Source of the DNA: Acidimicrobiia bacterium
Lineage (GTDB): Bacteria > Actinomycetota > Acidimicrobiia > Acidimicrobiales > JANYDT01
Reading direction: 5' to 3'
Length of the DNA stretch: 64,000 bases
Assembly: GCA_031423635.1 (NCBI GenBank)
Contig: JANPFX010000221.1
Location: 21,354 to 85,353 of the forward strand
Of the stretch, positions 59,939 through 64,000 are shown piece by piece (positions within the stretch are counted from its first letter, which is position 1; every line of letters starts with the position of its first letter). The notes beneath the pieces are model-generated. The model saw only the letters and a program-made list of their open reading frames with translations. It was not told where the DNA came from and searched no databases. Both the position numbers and the translations under genes were made by a program.

Positions 59939-60951
59939 GCACACCCCGCGTCGCTCGACACCTCCGGCCGGGTCCGGTCGATGTCCATGCACACGTTGTT
60001 CTGGAGGACACCTTCGGCACCGCCGGACCTCACGGACCGCGACTCGACGAAGAAGGAGGAGTGCAGGAGTTCCACGTCGGTGCGTACACGCTGTGCGGCG
60101 TACGCTACCGCGGCTCACTCTTCATGGATGCGAACCTGCGGATCGAACGCATGGACGCGCATGGCATTTCGGTGCAGGCCCTCTCGCCGAATCCGCTGAC
60201 CTACTTTCACCACGTCGATGCGTCGCTGGCGATCGACTATTGCCGACGTCACAACGACTCGTTGGCCGTACTCGTGGCAGCGCACCCGGATCGATTGGTC
60301 GGTCTCGCTCAGCTCCCGGCACAAGACCCCGACGCCGCGTGCGAGGAGCTCCGGCGAAGCATCGAGGAGTTGGGCCTCGTCGGCGGCTACATCGGAACCG
60401 ACCCTGGGCCGCGAGCGCTCGACGACGCTGCGCTCGAACAACTCTGGTCGACCTTCGTCGATCTTGACGTACCGGTGTTCGTCCATCCCGCGCCATCGGG
60501 AATCGATGGGCCGCTGCGTGATGCTCGTCTTCGCCGTTTCGATCTCGATCTCATTCTCGAGTTTGCCTACGAGGAATCCGTCGCCGTCGCACAGTTGATT
60601 TTCGGTGGCGTCCTCCACCGCCACCCTGAGCTCGACGTGTGCCTGAGCCACGGCGGTGGTGCGATCCCGTACCTCTACGGTCGGTGGGAGGCGGCCACGC
60701 GTCTACGGGCGTGGTCGCCCGACTGGCTACGCGAGCCCGGAGCATACGGTCGCATGTTGGCACGGCTGTGGTTCGACGTGCATGTCGCCGACCAGCGCGC
60801 CGTGCGTCTGCTCGCCGAGGTTGTGGGCGAGGGCCGGCTCGTCATGGGCACGAACTTCGGCGGATGGGACACCGGTGGCGATGAGTCCGAAACTGCGGGC
60901 CGTGCCGACGCTCTCGCTGACAATGCTCGGCGGCTTCTTCGCCTCTCCTAG
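59935..60951 (+). CDS. Amidohydrolase_2 (ACMSD/LigW-type decarboxylase or hydratase) family protein
   Basis: GTG 59935 (GTGA overlap with ferredoxin). VDVHAHVV N-terminal metal motif, VFVHP, LSHGGGAIP, TNFGGWD. 338 aa. Confidence 0.75.
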   Translation: MSTPRVARHLRPGPVDVHAHVVLEDTFGTAGPHGPRLDEEGGVQEFHVGAYTLCGVRYRGSLFMDANLRIERMDAHGISVQALSPNPLTYFHHVDASLAIDYCRRHNDSLAVLVAAHPDRLVGLAQLPAQDPDAACEELRRSIEELGLVGGYIGTDPGPRALDDAALEQLWSTFVDLDVPVFVHPAPSGIDGPLRDARLRRFDLDLILEFAYEESVAVAQLIFGGVLHRHPELDVCLSHGGGAIPYLYGRWEAATRLRAWSPDWLREPGAYGRMLARLWFDVHVADQRAVRLLAEVVGEGRLVMGTNFGGWDTGGDESETAGRADALADNARRLLRLS

Positions 60952-60957
60952 ACCGAT

Positions 60958-60994
60958 GCTGTCGTGACGTGCGCTGTCGTGACGTGCGCTGTCA
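60958..60994. repeat. 15-bp tandem repeat (2.5 copies) between convergent genes
   Basis: GCTGTCGTGACGTGC at 60958-60972 and 60973-60987, then GCTGTCA. The last partial copy contains the Rieske gene stop (60992-60994). Confidence 0.9.
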
Positions 60995-62581
60995 CCGTGT
61001 CGGATCGATGCGTTGGAAGAGTCGGTCGTAGAAGTGGCGGATCTTCGATTCGTTGTAACTCGCGAAGATCACCTCCTGCTGCTCCTGCGCCTTCAGTCCG
61101 GTTTGCACATGGGGCAGGTTGAGCGAGTCCTGTTGGAACACCTTCACGATCGGGCCGAGCTCACCTGCCAGCATCCAGTCGTCATCAACACCGAGGTGGG
61201 TGACCTTGGCCGGGGCCGGACGGTTTTCGGGGTCCGGAGCAGGCGGCCAGATCATGATCTCGAAGATTGAGGAGTTCGGATCTGAACCGTTCGGACGGAA
61301 GCGGTACATGAGGTAGTGGAAGCAACCCCACGGCGACCAGTTCGGGAAAACGGAATAGAACATCGCGTCGATCATTTCCGCGTCGCTCACATTGTCGACG
61401 TTGACCTCCCCCCCGAACTGGGTGCGGACGCCGGCGCGCTTCTGCTCGGCAATCCACGCCCGGACGGCCGGTGGACCGCCCGCCTTCACCTCCGCCGGCG
61501 GGTTCGGCGTCGACAGCGGAATGTCTTCGAGACCTGGAAGTAAGGTGCCGCCGACCCACTTGCACAGATGCGGATCGGCCTGAGTCTGCGAACCGCTGAT
61601 CCAGTTGCCTTCGTCGTCGAAGATGCTGGCGTTGCCGTCGAGATCGGTGACCTCCACGTGACACGAATCGACGCGACCTGTCTCGAGCCGTTGGTAGATA
61701 TGCCCGTTCAGCGGATGTCGCCACCTGGCATACTGCTTGCCGTCGGCGAGCCGCTCGTAGTGCGGCATACCGGCAAGATGCGGGCTTTCCACGGCATGCG
61801 GGGAGATCGCCCGGGAGAAGTTCTCGTAGACGTCGTAACGGCTGTTGGCGTCGCCGAGGTTCTCCATCAGCGTCGGGTGAGTGGCGACCGTGTGATACGC
61901 CTCCATGAACGCTTCCTGCAGGGCCTTCCAGTTCACCGGCATGATCTTGGCGACGTGCGCAGCCTTGTAGCGATGGGTGAACGGCAGGTGGGTGAAGTGA
62001 TCGCCCAGGTTGCCCAGGAAGTCTTCGAGCGGCTCGGCATTCCGATCCGGATTGATGAACACGAACCCCTGCCACACGTCGACCTTGGCATAAGGCAGGT
62101 CGTATTCGTCCTTATCAAGATCAGGGAAATCCCATTCGCACGGGATCTCCTTCAGTGAGCCGTCGAGGTTCCAGTTCCAGCCGTGGAACGCGCACCGGAG
62201 GTTCTTTGCGCCCTTGCCTTCACAGGTTCGGAGCTTGCGGCCACGATGCAGACACGCGTTGCGATGAGCCTTGATGCTGCCGTCGGCGTCACGGACGATG
62301 AGGAACGACAGGTGAGCGATGTCGTACACGTGGTAGTCGCCGACGTTCGGGATGTCATCGACGAGGCAGGCGAACTGCCACACCCGACTCCACAGGTGCT
62401 CGACCTCGAGGTCATGCCACTCCTGCGAGTAGTAGACGTGGGCCGGAACGCGAGTGTTTCCCGGCGGGAGCATGGCGGACTCTCGGCGAAGGACATCGCT
62501 CACCGGATGGGAGTCGTGGCCGAGCAGCTCGGCGAAGCTGACTCCGGCAGAGCGATTGGTTCCCGTCAGGATCTCGGTCAT
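60992..62581 (-). CDS. Rieske [2Fe-2S] non-heme iron oxygenase, alpha-subunit-like (unusually long, 529 aa)
   Basis: Rieske motif CLHRG...CAFHGW. Mononuclear iron motif EAYHTVATH. No beta subunit or reductase gene adjacent. Confidence 0.85.
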   Translation of the reverse strand: MTEILTGTNRSAGVSFAELLGHDSHPVSDVLRRESAMLPPGNTRVPAHVYYSQEWHDLEVEHLWSRVWQFACLVDDIPNVGDYHVYDIAHLSFLIVRDADGSIKAHRNACLHRGRKLRTCEGKGAKNLRCAFHGWNWNLDGSLKEIPCEWDFPDLDKDEYDLPYAKVDVWQGFVFINPDRNAEPLEDFLGNLGDHFTHLPFTHRYKAAHVAKIMPVNWKALQEAFMEAYHTVATHPTLMENLGDANSRYDVYENFSRAISPHAVESPHLAGMPHYERLADGKQYARWRHPLNGHIYQRLETGRVDSCHVEVTDLDGNASIFDDEGNWISGSQTQADPHLCKWVGGTLLPGLEDIPLSTPNPPAEVKAGGPPAVRAWIAEQKRAGVRTQFGGEVNVDNVSDAEMIDAMFYSVFPNWSPWGCFHYLMYRFRPNGSDPNSSIFEIMIWPPAPDPENRPAPAKVTHLGVDDDWMLAGELGPIVKVFQQDSLNLPHVQTGLKAQEQQEVIFASYNESKIRHFYDRLFQRIDPTR

Positions 62582-62725
62582 GACGAAACGGTAGTCCGGC
62601 GGTCAGGGATCGTTGCAGTCGGGCAGTCCCGGCTCGGTGGTGGTGAGCTCGCTGCTCTTGTAACCGTTGGCTTGGAGCCGAGTAGGCACGAAACGCCAAG
62701 CAGGTCTGTGTTCGTTCCTCAGGCA

Positions 62726-63565
62726 TCACACGGTGAGACCGGTGACCTCATCGAGCACACTCGTGCCGTCGTTGTGGGAGTGCGTGAATCCGAGCGCTCG
62801 TTCCTGACGAACGGCGTCGACAGAGCGCAGAGCGACGATGTAAGCGCGTCGCCAACTCGACTCGGTGGTGTTGCCCCCGGACCCGTGGAGCACTCCTTCG
62901 CTGTGGACCGTGATGTCTCCGCGAGATATCGGCACCGGCACCATCACATCGCCGTCACGAAGGTCGGTGATCAGGGTGTGGCTCTGGGTCCGATCCTCAT
63001 GGAGCGGCCGGTGTGCGCGGACGGGCTCGGTCTGGCTGCCCGGCAGGAACTGCATGCAGCCGTTCTCCAGCGTCGAGTCCTCGACGGCGAGCCAGCACGT
63101 GGCCGTACGTCGGTCGTCGGTGTCGATCCAATAGGCCTGATCCTGATGCCAGCCGAACACGGCGTCGCTCCGGCCCGGGTGCTTTGCGAGGAGCTGATCG
63201 AAGTCGATCGTCATTCCCTCTCCACAGAGCTGCTCGGCGATCGAGTGGGCGCGCCGCTCGAACACGTTGCCGACCCACTCGGGGTGGTAGCGGCGCGGCA
63301 GCATCACGTTGACAATGGCGTAGCCCGACGGATCGGTGCCGTGCTCACCGGTCGTCATGTCGTTGAAGTCCTTGCCATCGACCTTGATCTCCCGGCGGAG
63401 GAACGCGTCGTAGACGGCCTCGATCTCATCCACCTCGGCTTGGCTCAACACGCCGCGCAGGTGCACATAACCGTCGCGTCGGAATGCCTCGAGTTCATCG
63501 TCGGACACCACGTAGGAATCCGGACGACGTCGATCGGAACCATCGGTCTTTGTCGTGCTCGTCAC
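62726..63565 (-). CDS. Phytanoyl-CoA dioxygenase (PhyH) family Fe(II)/2OG oxygenase
   Basis: GTG 63565. FRRDGYVHLRGVL N-terminal motif. WHQDQAYW (HxD). 279 aa. Confidence 0.75.
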   Translation of the reverse strand: MTSTTKTDGSDRRRPDSYVVSDDELEAFRRDGYVHLRGVLSQAEVDEIEAVYDAFLRREIKVDGKDFNDMTTGEHGTDPSGYAIVNVMLPRRYHPEWVGNVFERRAHSIAEQLCGEGMTIDFDQLLAKHPGRSDAVFGWHQDQAYWIDTDDRRTATCWLAVEDSTLENGCMQFLPGSQTEPVRAHRPLHEDRTQSHTLITDLRDGDVMVPVPISRGDITVHSEGVLHGSGGNTTESSWRRAYIVALRSVDAVRQERALGFTHSHNDGTSVLDEVTGLTV

Positions 63566-63654
63566 GCCGTCAATGGTACGGCCCGGGTGATTCCTGTGTT
63601 CGAGCCCGGCGGGGGCGAGTTCGCCGGACCTTCGCCCGGTCCCTCGCAAGTGCG

Positions 63655-64000
63655 ATGGCAGATGGAAAACTCGAAGTCGTGCCCGCCAGTTACGAAAGCC
63701 GCCTGTTCACGATCACGCCCACCAAGACGGGCTACGAAACCCGCGTGATGCCAGGCGGGGATCAGAAGATCGGCCTGAACATGGTGCTGGTCGGCACATT
63801 CGGTCTCGTGGGGGGGCTCTTCCTGCCCGGAATCCTCCGCATCATCGTGGTCGCCCTCGCCGTGATCGTGCTGATTCTCGGCACGGCTGCACTGGTCCAG
63901 GCAGCGCGCGCGAAGACCCGAGCGCTCACCACCCTCGACCGCAGCGCCGGCATGATCACCCAGTCGGGCACCGCCGTGCCCATCGCCGAGGTGACGGGGA
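63655..64000 (+). CDS. Hypothetical membrane protein, N-terminal part (3' end outside window)
   Basis: My own translation from ATG 63655: MADGKLEVVPASYESRLFTITPTKTGYETRVMPGGDQKIGLNMVLVGTFGLVGGLFLPGILRIIVVALAVIVLILGTAAL... Strong G/C3 bias and two hydrophobic segments. Open to the window edge, so absent from the ORF track. Confidence 0.5.
   Translation, partial: MADGKLEVVPASYESRLFTITPTKTGYETRVMPGGDQKIGLNMVLVGTFGLVGGLFLPGILRIIVVALAVIVLILGTAALVQAARAKTRALTTLDRSAGMITQSGTAVPIAEVTG

Noticed and set aside
62183-63748. 521-aa plus-strand ORF
   Set aside because: It is antisense to the Rieske and PhyH genes, both of which carry clear catalytic motifs. It has no motifs of its own.

Overview
This is a GC-rich bacterial chromosomal segment, roughly two-thirds G+C by eye, with strong G/C bias at codon position 3. 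Gene content looks like Actinomycetota: a PdtaS-type soluble histidine kinase, an ArsA-like ATPase pair, ilvB-ilvN / ilvC / serC-serA, a DinB/mycothiol-type enzyme, an LAxTG sortase signal, and leaderless-style promoters. I support about 60 densely packed protein-coding genes. Many are joined by ATGA/GTGA start-stop overlaps. By eye I found no rRNA, tRNA, CRISPR array, transposase, integrase or phage genes. All protein calls rest on motif recognition in the supplied translations, since no searches could be run.

Layout:
- 0-6 kb: ArsA-ArsA-PdtaS unit, and a MerR-controlled operon (diiron oxygenase, DUF1185-like, EthD, Lys/Ala-rich protein, cupin).
- 6-19 kb: transporters, a CoA-transferase, a lipid-related group (GDPD, GT, MT, DAG-kinase-like), etfBA and a large PAS/GAF-GGDEF-EAL protein.
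- 19-32 kb: branched-chain amino acid and serine genes (ilvBN with a candidate leader-peptide attenuator, an IlvY-like LysR gene inserted before ilvC, serC/serA), interspersed with accessory genes.
- 32-42 kb: mixed small genes, a DrrAB-like exporter plus a pentapeptide-repeat protein, and an LAxTG surface protein bracketed by a perfect 20-bp repeat.
- 42.1-63.6 kb: the most unusual part. It is a continuous oxidative island with three SDRs, a ThuA-like protein, two amidohydrolases, two paralogous P450s with a 3Fe-4S-type ferredoxin and an embedded TrmB regulator. It also holds an L-S-M-ordered molybdenum hydroxylase, a sugar-type ABC importer with atypical extensions, a 529-aa Rieske oxygenase, a PhyH dioxygenase and a CHK/APH-like kinase. 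I propose it as a candidate undescribed catabolic or modification system for an imported, probably glycosylated, aromatic or heterocyclic compound.

Several non-coding structures are also reported: nested palindromes, perfect direct repeats, and in-frame tandem duplications at gene 3' ends.
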